Below, piece by piece: positions 34,181 through 43,998 of a stretch of 64,000 nucleotides of DNA (within the stretch, counting starts at the first letter, position 1; the number at the start of each line of letters is the position of its first letter). The stretch comes from a virus. Location: positions 41,802 to 105,801 of the IMG/VR virus record IMGVR_UViG_3300050343_000214, one strand, 5' to 3'. Under the pieces are notes generated by a model. The model was not told the DNA's origin. It did not search any database and worked only from the letters and a program-made list of their open reading frames with translations. Position numbers and translations under genes: made by a program.

Positions 34181-35738
34181 TTGTCAATTCCTTTATTTTC
34201 ATTAGTTTATCTAGGAGGTTAATTCCTAGAACATCAAACTTTACATGACCTAGTGCTTCTAAGTCTGTCATTTCTAAGCCTGCTATCTTTTCTATAGAAC
34301 CTTTCTGTTGTATCATTGGACATACGTTTTGCAATTTGTCTTTAGATATTACCACGCCAGCAGCGTGTTTGCCCTGTGTTTTAAATGTGCCTTCCATATC
34401 AATAGCTTGCTGGAAGTATTGCGCGTAGTCACCATCAAGCTTTCCTTCGTCTGTGATGTTGCAAAAATCTCTTAAGTCATCTGACCTGTTAATCAAAGAC
34501 CAACGTATTATAGATCGGTCTTCGTCGTCCATGTCTGCTAGCTGATCAGATATGTCTGCTTCATTTGGTATACTCTTTGTTATAGCATTCATCTCGCTAA
34601 AAGAACAAGCCTCATTTATCCTTAAAACTTCTTTTATTGCACTACGCCCCTGCAACCTTCCAAATGTTATCATCTGGCTAACATGATCTTTACCATAAGT
34701 TAGTTTAAGATAATCAATAACTTCATCACGCTTTTTGCCCGGAACGTCCATGTCAATATCTGGCAAGGAAACATGACCACCAGTGTTTCTTCCAGCGTTG
34801 TAAAACCTCTCAAACAATAAATCGTGTTCCACTGGATTGATCTTTGTTATACCAATAAGATATGAAATAAGACATCCAGCAGCAGAGCCTCTGCCGGGAC
34901 CAGCAATACAGCCCATGTCATCTTCTACATGCCTTATTATATCCTGAACAATCAAGAAGTAGCCAAATAGATCTGCGTCTTTAATAACTTGTAATTCTTT
35001 CCTGAATCTATCTCCATATATTTTTTGGGTATCTTTATCTTCGCCAACCAGAGGTTTTACAAATTTTGTATATCCCTTTCTAGCCATCTTAGTTAAGTAG
35101 TCTTCTTGAGACAACCCTTTAGGACATACAAATTTCGGAAGCATGGGTGGATTTAAAATTTCATAGTCTTCACAGGAATCATATATATATTCCAACTCTT
35201 TTGTTACTTTGCCTTTCGTAATACACTTGTTGTCCTTAGTAAAATATTCTAGCAAATCAGCATCTAGTTCTTTATTTCTAATTTTAGTATTTACTTTTGG
35301 TAATGTAGTCTTTAATGCAGAACAAAGTAGAACTCTGTGTAAAGCAGCTTGCTTACTATTGACATAATAAGATGGCTGAATGTTATCTTTTTCAGCTTGT
35401 AGGGCAATTAAGTTATTTCTACCTACTATTTCTTTTGCTATGTCTTTTGGCATGTTGCCATTTTCATCAGTAAAAGAAACCATCTGTATAAGGTCGTGCC
35501 ACCCGTCTTTATTCTTAGCATATATTGTAGTGTTATCAAAAGAACATCCAATGATAGGCTTGACTCCCACCTTCTTACACGCTTGATGAAATGACACTGC
35601 GCCAGAGATTGTCTTATAATCTGTGATGCCACACGCAGGATAATCATTGTCAGCACAAACCTTTGCAAGTTCATGCGGTTTTGAAAAGCCTTTTAGCAAA
35701 CTATAATGCGTAAAATTCTTCAATGGAAACCAGTTCAT
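34167..35738 (-). CDS. dnaE: DNA polymerase III alpha, N-terminal half (degenerate PHP, palm, thumb)
   Basis: THYSLLKG, GITDY, GPGRGSAAG, LLFERF, LPDIDMD, GKHAAGVVI, VKFDVLG, i.e. all three catalytic Asp. Stops 17 aa after KFDVLG with no intein-N sequence. Confidence 0.93.
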   Translation of the reverse strand: MNWFPLKNFTHYSLLKGFSKPHELAKVCADNDYPACGITDYKTISGAVSFHQACKKVGVKPIIGCSFDNTTIYAKNKDGWHDLIQMVSFTDENGNMPKDIAKEIVGRNNLIALQAEKDNIQPSYYVNSKQAALHRVLLCSALKTTLPKVNTKIRNKELDADLLEYFTKDNKCITKGKVTKELEYIYDSCEDYEILNPPMLPKFVCPKGLSQEDYLTKMARKGYTKFVKPLVGEDKDTQKIYGDRFRKELQVIKDADLFGYFLIVQDIIRHVEDDMGCIAGPGRGSAAGCLISYLIGITKINPVEHDLLFERFYNAGRNTGGHVSLPDIDMDVPGKKRDEVIDYLKLTYGKDHVSQMITFGRLQGRSAIKEVLRINEACSFSEMNAITKSIPNEADISDQLADMDDEDRSIIRWSLINRSDDLRDFCNITDEGKLDGDYAQYFQQAIDMEGTFKTQGKHAAGVVISKDKLQNVCPMIQQKGSIEKIAGLEMTDLEALGHVKFDVLGINLLDKLMKIKELTNAVH

Positions 35739-35763
35739 ATTGTTTATAATTTCCTTCTATCAA

Positions 35764-36280
35764 TTACAACTATCGTCTTTTTCCATACTTAAGATCTTCT
35801 AGATAGGCATATGGTTTGTGTTCCACAATGTTATGAAATATCTTCTGTTATCCAAACGCCTTCACTAGATAGTACCATATCGCTTATAGAAATCAAATAT
35901 TTTTGCTGTTTTACAGTATGAGAGCAATCTTCAATTACTAAATCAATGTCATTCTTATAATTGTTTTCTAACCACTGTTTAAACTCTAGAGCTTCTACGT
36001 CTCCATGATACACATCGTTGAGTAATGTGCTACAAAATGTTTCTTTTGATTTTACAAATTCTTGGTAAGCTGGCTCAACATTCTCAAAACTTTTGATATC
36101 TAATATCAGCACCTATATGAAAATTACCAATATTGTTATCAACCAAAAACTTGGTAAAACCGCAAATCATCTCAAGCACCTTTCGTACTTAGATTGCCAG
36201 AAGTTTTGGTAAAAGATTTTATAATTATGTTGATGGCAAAATTTGTCTGTATAGTCAGACGAACTGCTATAATTAATCAT
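35764..36280 (-). CDS. Class I SAM-dependent sugar O-methyltransferase-like protein (MycE/CmcI-like), heavily frameshifted
   Basis: N-terminal 'TDKF..HNY..FY' and 'DLVIEDCSH..KQQ...LSSEGVWITEDI' pieces. Several indels; boundaries approximate. Confidence 0.5.
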
Positions 36281-36325
36281 TTTCCTTTTGGCAAAGGTCT
36301 TTTAACTGGTTCGTTAGTAGACGGT

Positions 36326-37024
36326 CTAGGCTGTCCGGGTAATGTCAATGGGATTTTTTCTGGCTCTTTCATCTTCTAGTCCTTTTGTCAATTTGTATAG
36401 CTTGTCAATTACAATCTTTGAAGCATCGTTGTCTGACGGGTAGTGAACTCCCTGTAATATTCTAGCAAGTCCACAGTAATTAGACAACTCAAAAAATTTA
36501 TTTTTATGTTCTGGATACTGGTCGGCAAGTACATGAGCTGCTAATTCAGAATACATAGTATGACCACTAGGATACGAAGGAGTGTGATGTGTTTCCGTAA
36601 ACATAACCTTAATGTCAAGATTATAATATGGCGCAAGTTGTTCTGGTCTAGCCCTATTGTGATAATACTTTAGAGCGTACATATATTGCTCTATTATGTT
36701 ATAATAAGAGTTAAACTTATGTTGGGGAAAAGATAAAGCTTTAGTCTTTAAAAATTTACGGAATAGATCTAGTGGTTCTTTATCAACCGTGTACACTAAA
36801 TCAAGCTCTTGATATGTTCTTGAATTAGTTAGTCTGGATATTTGATTGAGTTCTCTTTCCGTGATGGCGCTACTGTTAGACGGCGGTGGAGGTACTATAT
36901 CCTTAATTGATATACCCAAAGTATATAACTCGTCGTGGTAATTGACTTTATTCGCCAGATAACCTATATTATCTAGATCTTGCTTTTTATCTATAATTTC
37001 TGCTACTTTATTTATTAAGCTCAT
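36326..37024 (-). CDS. PAP2-superfamily acid phosphatase / vanadium-haloperoxidase-like protein
   Basis: All three motifs present: K-x6-RP (KYYHNRARP), PSGH, and R-x5-H-x3-D (RILQGVHYPSD). Confidence 0.82.
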   Translation of the reverse strand: MSLINKVAEIIDKKQDLDNIGYLANKVNYHDELYTLGISIKDIVPPPPSNSSAITERELNQISRLTNSRTYQELDLVYTVDKEPLDLFRKFLKTKALSFPQHKFNSYYNIIEQYMYALKYYHNRARPEQLAPYYNLDIKVMFTETHHTPSYPSGHTMYSELAAHVLADQYPEHKNKFFELSNYCGLARILQGVHYPSDNDASKIVIDKLYKLTKGLEDERARKNPIDITRTA

Positions 37025-37229
37025 ATTCTCTCTCGGTGAATACTTTTTCTAATCTTTGTACTAATCTAGTGCCCGCTCTACGTCTAAAACATGGCAGTAA
37101 TCCATGTATACACAAGTATATTCCAGCTCTAATACATATGAAACCATGACCCACGGCAAACTTGAAGTGCTGCCAGTAGGTCATGTTGTTTTCATTTAGA
37201 TGCTCATTCCATTTTTTTCTAAGTGTCAT
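37008..37229 (-). CDS. Small conserved hypothetical protein (DUF6356-like)
   Basis: 'HLNENNMTYWQHFKFA...CIHGLLP' pattern. Likely start MTLRKKW. Confidence 0.5.
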   Translation of the reverse strand: MTLRKKWNEHLNENNMTYWQHFKFAVGHGFICIRAGIYLCIHGLLPCFRRRAGTRLVQRLEKVFTEREYELNK

Positions 37230-37230
37230 T

Positions 37231-37746
37231 TTACCAAGCCTTGCAGGACCAGTATCGAGCTTTCCAGCGTGGGCCGGGATTGTCACAATTGTGTCTTGCT
37301 CTAAAGTTTTTGCGTCTACCCGGATCGTTTTTCTTAATCTTCATGTTAGGATCACCAAAATTAACTTTGACTACATTGCCAGATCCGTTTTTGACATAAA
37401 CGCTTCTTTTCTTAGGACCATCAGGAGTTAAAAACGGTTTGCCTAACTTGACTTTACGCCCTTGGTATTCAGCCGCTTGAGTTTCTTCATTTTGTGCTTT
37501 TTTCCAAGCGTCTGGATCTGGCCTATCTTTGTCGCCCTTCTTGGCAGGCTTGTAGTTTTTCCCTTCTCTTTCCTTCTTCTTGCGAATATTTTCCCACAAA
37601 GAAGCAGCGTCATGTTCTTCTTCAGATTCGCCAAAGTCTTCATACTCTGCTTCTGCTGGAAGGTAGAAGTTTTCTTCTGTGAGTTCTTCTGTGAAACCAT
37701 ACGTGTCTGTGGTATAAGCTTCATCTGCCTGATTGATTCTAGACAT
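37231..37746 (-). CDS. Conserved phage protein: acidic N-terminus plus basic DUF6321-like domain
   Basis: 'AEYQGRKVKLGKPF...KVNFGDPNM...RRKNFRARHNC...ARYWSC'. Likely start MSRINQ after RBS AGGAG. Confidence 0.6.
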   Translation of the reverse strand: MSRINQADEAYTTDTYGFTEELTEENFYLPAEAEYEDFGESEEEHDAASLWENIRKKKEREGKNYKPAKKGDKDRPDPDAWKKAQNEETQAAEYQGRKVKLGKPFLTPDGPKKRSVYVKNGSGNVVKVNFGDPNMKIKKNDPGRRKNFRARHNCDNPGPRWKARYWSCKAW

Positions 37747-38632
37747 TTGTAGTCTCCTGTTTAAGATCTTGGGATTGTTGTTCGACTGCCTGTATAGCAT
37801 AATTCATCATAGGAATAAGCTTTTCAGGAGGTAGCCGTTGGGAAAAATTATTAAATATTTGTTCGATCATTTTGTCGTTAGGGTCTCTGGTTATTTCATA
37901 CCATCCTACAAAATAATTCCATATTCTGTCCTCTAATTTTAGAGGATATGCTACACCGTTAGGTCTAGAGAATCTATGCAGCCACTTAAATCCCGGTACA
38001 CACATAGCCTCTCCACCAGCCCGTCTAAATTTTTCGTGTATGTAGCCTTCTTCTCCACCAAAACCCCTAAACAGTTCATTGAACCCTAGCCAGTTCTTAG
38101 TTTCGCAAGAAAACACTCCAAGTCCATGCATGGGTATCTTAAAAGGCTTTCCGGCTTCAAGGCCAGCATCATCTTTAGCCCATTTGCCATACATGTCGCC
38201 TCCCCAAGCAGGTCTAAAATGAGTTGCGCAGCCTTTTAAATTGTCGTACATCATTGGGCCTTGAACAATATCTTTGCAGTCTGGTTTAGTTTCATAATAT
38301 TCTAATAGGCTTTCTAATGAACCTTGTGGGAACATCACATGGCAGTCCATAGAAACACAGTATTTGCCTGTTGCGTTTTGAAAAATTAAGTTTCTGTTTG
38401 CGGTAGTTTGTTTTTCTGTGTATGGTATAAGTTTGACTGAATCTTTCATCCATCCTGACACCAAGCCCTCTATGGCTTTTCCATGAGCGCTATTAGGGTT
38501 ATTGTCTATGACGATCAACTCCACATCACCACTTTTAACTAACTTATGATACATTTTCAATGACTGTAAAGAAAAATATACGCCATCAAAATCATCAAAG
38601 GTACACATTCCTATAGTTAATAATTTACTCAT
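37739..38632 (-). CDS. Glycosyltransferase, GT2-like
   Basis: 'LTIGM', 'LIVIDNN', 'ATGKYCVSMDCH', 'GFNELFRGFGGEE'. Confidence 0.78.
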   Translation of the reverse strand: MSKLLTIGMCTFDDFDGVYFSLQSLKMYHKLVKSGDVELIVIDNNPNSAHGKAIEGLVSGWMKDSVKLIPYTEKQTTANRNLIFQNATGKYCVSMDCHVMFPQGSLESLLEYYETKPDCKDIVQGPMMYDNLKGCATHFRPAWGGDMYGKWAKDDAGLEAGKPFKIPMHGLGVFSCETKNWLGFNELFRGFGGEEGYIHEKFRRAGGEAMCVPGFKWLHRFSRPNGVAYPLKLEDRIWNYFVGWYEITRDPNDKMIEQIFNNFSQRLPPEKLIPMMNYAIQAVEQQSQDLKQETTNV

Positions 38633-38644
38633 ATTTTGCCTTTC

Positions 38645-39670
38645 CTAGCCGGGAGCTTCGTAAAATCCTATATCAAAACCTTCTCTGCTACACTCAGAAA
38701 TAGTTTTTTCCATACCGTGTTTATTGAGGTGGTTCTGTATATACATACACATATTTTGGTCTGTATCAGCCCAATTGTTTTTGTAATAATGGCACAATTT
38801 GGTGCATTTAAAGCTCTTTCTAGTAGGAGAAATGGGCTTGGGAGACACATTTTTCTGGATTTCCTCAAAACGATCCTTGAGCATACCTAAGAACTTATCA
38901 TGGTCTGACCTATCAAAACACATAGAAAATGGACCACCATCTTTTATGTAAAAAATAGTCATAATAGCTTGTTTGTATTGCGGAAAAAGCTTAGAAATTG
39001 CATAGTTATACAGTAGTAATTGAGGGTCTACCATTAACTTTTCATAAGTCTTTTCCTCGCCAGTTGCCCAATCAATTCTTTTGCCCGTCTTCCAATCTAC
39101 TACTTCTATAGTGTCATCGTCTGTCTGAGTCACTAAGTCAATGGTTCCCTTGATTGCCAGCTGGCCTTTGATTGTCTCGCCATCAGGCGTATTATACTCG
39201 TATTTAGCCCAATCTTCTTCTATAGGTATGTCGAAGTGTGGTTCTGGCGCTACTATGGTCCTGTTTCTAGGGTCAAATTGACCATCATTCCACTGTAATG
39301 CCTGCCATGTCCACTTCCTACAGTCTTCTTTGTCTTTATTGTGCCAATCGTGATGGTTTTCCTGAGCAGTGTACGAGGAAAAACTTTGTTCTAATAAATC
39401 ATTGACTAAATCATATGTTTCTAAATGTGATTTATTGATACTAACTTTGCCAATAGCATCGTCGTCTAAAATTAATTTGCGCTTCTTACCGGCATTTTGT
39501 TTAGCAAGCTGTAAGCCAGCTAAAACCTCTAATACTTTGTGAACTACTGTCCCCTGTACAGCCTTTTTGCCACTAAGGGTTTGATAGCCCAGAACATAAG
39601 TCAAAAAATATTGCATTTCGCAGTATCTCCAATTATTAAAACTGGAAGATCTCATATATGTTATTAGCAT
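38645..39670 (-). CDS. Cas4/AddB-like PD-(D/E)XK exonuclease with probable Fe-S cluster
   Basis: 'SSFNNWRYC', 'GTVVHKVLE', 'GTIDLV...VVDWKTG', 'QLLLY', and C-terminal 'CTKLC...C' cysteines. Confidence 0.8.
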   Translation of the reverse strand: MLITYMRSSSFNNWRYCEMQYFLTYVLGYQTLSGKKAVQGTVVHKVLEVLAGLQLAKQNAGKKRKLILDDDAIGKVSINKSHLETYDLVNDLLEQSFSSYTAQENHHDWHNKDKEDCRKWTWQALQWNDGQFDPRNRTIVAPEPHFDIPIEEDWAKYEYNTPDGETIKGQLAIKGTIDLVTQTDDDTIEVVDWKTGKRIDWATGEEKTYEKLMVDPQLLLYNYAISKLFPQYKQAIMTIFYIKDGGPFSMCFDRSDHDKFLGMLKDRFEEIQKNVSPKPISPTRKSFKCTKLCHYYKNNWADTDQNMCMYIQNHLNKHGMEKTISECSREGFDIGFYEAPG

Positions 39671-40418
39671 TCAATGCCCCATTTCTTTTGTAATTTGTTT
39701 AAATCGTTTAGTAGTTGATCTATATCCCCTTTGTTGTCTACGATGTGATCAAATTGGTTCCAATCAAAACTCTCGACATCTAAAGCTTTTTCGCAGTCGT
39801 GATCAGACTCAAAAGGATTTCTAGTCAATCTAACGACAATTCCTCCCGCCTCTTTGATGGCATTGATTTCATTGGGAAATCTTACGTCTGGTATAATAGC
39901 TACAGATGATTGTTCTCTCGCTATTCTTTTCATGGTATAGTCAACCCAGATAGAATCTTTTATATCTCTCATAACTTCTGTTCCAAAATATTGCAAAAAT
40001 TCTCTAGCACTCATGGGAGGTAGTGTTGTTGTCTTGTGTTTCCTCCATCCGTGCTGACCGTATGGAGTTAGAGTATTTTTATCTTCATCAGACCCATACA
40101 CCTGCTCTGGTTTCAGGTCGAATAATTCCACGGCAATAGACTTAAGAGGATCGGCAAAATGGTAGATCTTTACAAAAGGCCAAATTTCCTGCTCTGCATA
40201 GCTAACGAACATCTCATCTTTTCTGGTTAGATCAAACACTACCCCACCCGACATTCCCATCACTGTCAGTTGTCTTAATGGACAGAGGAGCCCACGTCAG
40301 TGATCACAAAATCCTGTACCATCATGTTTTTAGCTTTTAATATTGATCCAGCTATGTAGTTTGCTGCCGTGTTTTTGCCAGACTGTTTCCTGCCAGATAT
40401 TCCTATGACCTTGACCAT
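39664..40418 (-). CDS. Deoxynucleoside monophosphate kinase (frameshifted near 40.27 kb)
   Basis: N-terminal 'VIGISGRKQSGKNT' P-loop, then 'FADPLK', 'REFLQYFGTE', 'IPDVRFPNE'. Confidence 0.85.
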
Positions 40419-41447
40419 TAGATATGTGCCTTTCAAGTCAAGTAAGTATTTTACTTCTTTATGTCCTTTACGCTCATATCTCCAACGTCCTTATCTAGAA
40501 AGCTTAGGAAATGTAATCTTATACATTCTCGATAAAGACCTTTGTATTTTTATTCTTGCTTCTCTTCCTGCTTGATCGTTGTCTGTTATGACAACGAGAT
40601 GTGTAATTGGAAGCTTTTTAAGCTTTTCTATATGCTGTCTCGATATTGTCTTGCCGAATACGCTAACAGCATTTTTGACCCCCGCTTCGTACATTCTCCA
40701 CACATCGCCCTGACCTTCTAGAACATACATGGTATTAGTTTTACAGGCAGTTTTGATTGCCCTGTGAAAATTGTAGAAATAATTGTTCTTGTCAAATCCT
40801 TTTGGTGTAATTAAAAATTTAGGAGTTTTATATTCTTTAATGCTTCTACCAATAGCGCCTACAACTACATCTCCCACATCGTTATGTATAGGTATAATAG
40901 ATCTCTCATTCATTATACCGTTTTCTAAACAATCTCCCACTCCAAAATGCTTTAATGTTCTTTTGGAAAATCCTCTATTAGAGAAGTAGACTGACGGAAC
41001 TTCACAACTACACTCGCATTGTACTGGCATGTCGTTAACAGTTTTATTATTCTTTGTGAATATTTTATTTATAGATTCAATGTCTGTGGGTTCCGTTGGC
41101 TTGCTAGTCGTAGTAGCGTTGGAATTATAGTCAATATGTATATTTAATTCTTTTTTTATCCACCCTAATGCATCCTTGAATTCAGCGTCCTGACCGCTTC
41201 TAGCTGTTAACACGCCGCATATTAAACCGAACACATCATTTCTATGCTGCTCTTGACAATCCCTAGTCCAACACTTCCATATACCTTTTGATTTACAGAA
41301 AGAGAACGCTCTGGGGTTATCACTAGATTCATGAATAGGACATGTTGAATATATATTATCTCCAAAGTCCTCGAATTCTATACCAAGCTTTGTTAAGACT
41401 TTAGTTATATCGTTATTCAGATTCTGTTTCAGTGTCTGCAAGTTCAT
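40418..41447 (-). CDS. dnaG: DNA primase (CHC2 zinc finger + Toprim)
   Basis: 'CPIH...WKCWTRDC', 'VLEGQGDV', 'ITDNDQAG'. An indel near 40495 displaces the final KDVGD segment. Confidence 0.85.
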
Positions 41448-42898
41448 TTTTTAGCTTATCCATATCCTTTACTAAACCCGTGTCGCCCACTGGTTCGTTC
41501 TTGAATTCATTTCTAGTTCGTAGCTCTATTAACTTTGCATGTGCGCCTTGCATTTGCATGTTTATATAATCTCCATCATCCATGCCAGCTCCGTGTCTAG
41601 ATACAATGGGTACAAGCTTTCTGTTCCCTGCATTTGGACCGTCTTCCGCGACTTCTTCTGGTGATTTTGATTTGAAAATGCTAAACGAAGTGCAGAGCCA
41701 AATAAGCCTGTCAGAACCACTAACAGCATCTGTGCTTTCCTTAGTTATGCCATCACGATTTAATTGCACGAAGGATAGACAAGGTATGTCTAGTTTAACA
41801 CATAAATTATGTAATGATGTTATTTGAAATCCTAGCGCCTGATATTCCTGAACGTTGTTGGTTATAGACGAAGAGGACATGAGTTTCAGGTAATCATAAA
41901 TAATTACGCAGTCGTTGGTTTTATTTGATTCATCAGTCTTGACTTCCTGAGCCACCCACCTTCTAATAAGATTCAAAATATTTTCAAATGGTTTTCCAGC
42001 GACACTGATATAGCTGTAAGGTATATCTTCTAATTTGGCAACGGCTTCATTGACTTTATCATGCTTAGTATTATCTTCTGTAAATTTGCCGGTTGCAACC
42101 TCGTTGATAGGAACTCCGCTAATATTAGCTATAAGCCTATTGAGATGATCTTCTTTAGACATTTCAGTATCTAATACTAATACCTTTATTCCTTGTGATG
42201 CTACATTTAAAGCAACATTATCAGCAAATACTGATTTGCCAACTTTGGGTCTTGCAGATACAAGGTCAACGCATTTTCGTCTAAGACCACCCCCAATAGC
42301 TTCGTCATATCTAGTGAATCCCGTGGGTACACCAATGATATCACATTTGTTTTCTTCGAGAAATTTAACATAGTCTTCTATCCCCGTCTCCTATCTTTTC
42401 TGGGTTTTCCCCGCCATCATCTTCACGCAGGAAGTCAGTAACGGGTTCTTCTAAAATGTTTATGACTTCATCAATACTCTCAGAGCCATTGACTGCGCCT
42501 ACATCTTTATGTATCTTATTTGTAAGTTTTTGTATCTTACGTGCAAATTCAAATTTTTTCATTTGAACGGCAAAGCCCAAGGTGTTTTCAGGTGTGACAG
42601 GAAAATCATATAAGGACTTAATGTATTGTAACTCTTGTTCTGTCTTAAGTCTCTCTGACAATTTTAAGTGTTCGGCAGCAGACATGATAGTAACAATGTC
42701 GGGGTGTTGATCGTTACTTATTACATGTTCAATGCATCTATAGAGGGCTTTATTGTTTAAATTACCAAAGCTATCTACAGAAATAATATCGGACACAATA
42801 ACTTGTGCGTCTATTCCATACTGTAGCAAGCTAGCTAGCAAGGCTCGCTCTGATCCAATATCTAAAAGTTTTTCCATATCACCTTCCTGAGCATCCAT
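41413..42898 (-). CDS. dnaB: Replicative DNA helicase (one frameshift near 42.38 kb)
   Basis: N-terminal 'SERALLASLL' domain joins to 'PTGFTRYDEAIGGG...ARPKVGKS...DTEMS', 'IIYDYLKLM', 'FVQLNR'. Confidence 0.88.
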
Positions 42899-43535
42899 CG
42901 CATCTGTAAAACTGACCGTACACTAATGAAGAATTAATTGAAAATGTTTTGCCGCAAACATGACAATTCATATCAACCATCTTAGCTGGAGGTCTTGTTC
43001 TGGGAGTCATTGCTATGCTTGGAGTCTGCACATCTTTACTCTCTCCGCTGTCAGACCAAGTGTTTTTACCAGCAGTAACTCGTTCTTTTCTCTTTTGAGA
43101 CTGTACTGCACTTTTAGATTTCATTGTAAAGTCTGAGACAGAAGTAGTAGTATCTTCGTTCTCAAATTCCTTCTTAATGTGTGGAGGCATCGTCGTAGTC
43201 CACTTGGGATTAATATCTATGTCTTCTTCGTTTGGGGGCGTACCACTGTCCTGCAATGCTGCTAAGAACATTGCTTTCTGTTGGTCGGACAGAGACCTCA
43301 TAAAATCATCCATACTCATTTGTTTTTTGCCTCCGTTTTTTCTAAATTGGATATAACTATCTATAAGTCGTTGTTTCTTTGTCTTCTTTTCTTCTGCTGA
43401 CATGCGATTATATTTATCAATATGTTTCTCTATTTTTTGATCTATAGTTCGGTATGGTCCTATTTCTTTTATAAAATTAATTCTGTCAAATACTGCTGGA
43501 AACCTTTCTCTCATGATCTTTTCCCCTTTCTCCAT
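42879..43535 (-). CDS. Hypothetical protein with C-terminal zinc ribbon (may be two genes fused by an indel)
   Basis: CHVC...CDGC motif. An internal MSMDD with upstream GGAGG suggests a second start. Confidence 0.45.
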   Translation of the reverse strand: MEKGEKIMRERFPAVFDRINFIKEIGPYRTIDQKIEKHIDKYNRMSAEEKKTKKQRLIDSYIQFRKNGGKKQMSMDDFMRSLSDQQKAMFLAALQDSGTPPNEEDIDINPKWTTTMPPHIKKEFENEDTTTSVSDFTMKSKSAVQSQKRKERVTAGKNTWSDSGESKDVQTPSIAMTPRTRPPAKMVDMNCHVCGKTFSINSSLVYGQFYRCDGCSGR

Positions 43536-43998
43536 TAGATATATCTGCTTTACGTTTTAATTCATATATTTTACCATCAAGTGCTTGAACTCTTGACTCT
43601 GCAATCTCACGGTAATGATCTACGGTTGCTGCATATTCATCATTTACAATTATAAGTGGTCTACGCTCCTCATACTTGGTATACTTACTAAACTGGTCGT
43701 GATTTTTTGCAACCATTTTATTTAGCTTATCGTTACACCAATTTAGCGCAATCTTCTGCATATTTAGTTCATCTTGCAGATGTGTTGAGAAGCTATACAA
43801 TTCATAAGCCCAAGCAAATAGCTCGTCTTTAGTGAGCGTATTTATGGTATCTCTGTCAGCATTAGCACATCTATGCCAATCCTCTCTGAACCTTTTGTTA
43901 AACCTAGCATGGCTAGCATTTAAAAAGTCGTCAACCATAGCTTTCAAGTCAGCCAACTGCTCACTCGCCGTTTTCAATTTGTTCTCTCCATTGCTCAT
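43486..43998 (-). CDS. Helical coiled-coil protein, possibly a UvsY-like recombination mediator
   Basis: All-helical sequence, located downstream of the recA-like gene. The family call is an inference. Confidence 0.35.
   Translation of the reverse strand: MSNGENKLKTASEQLADLKAMVDDFLNASHARFNKRFREDWHRCANADRDTINTLTKDELFAWAYELYSFSTHLQDELNMQKIALNWCNDKLNKMVAKNHDQFSKYTKYEERRPLIIVNDEYAATVDHYREIAESRVQALDGKIYELKRKADISNGERGKDHERKVSSSI

Noticed and set aside
38645-39670. CRISPR-Cas system implied by the Cas4-like gene
   Set aside because: No cas1, cas2, effector gene or array nearby. Solo Cas4-like nucleases are common in phage replication modules.
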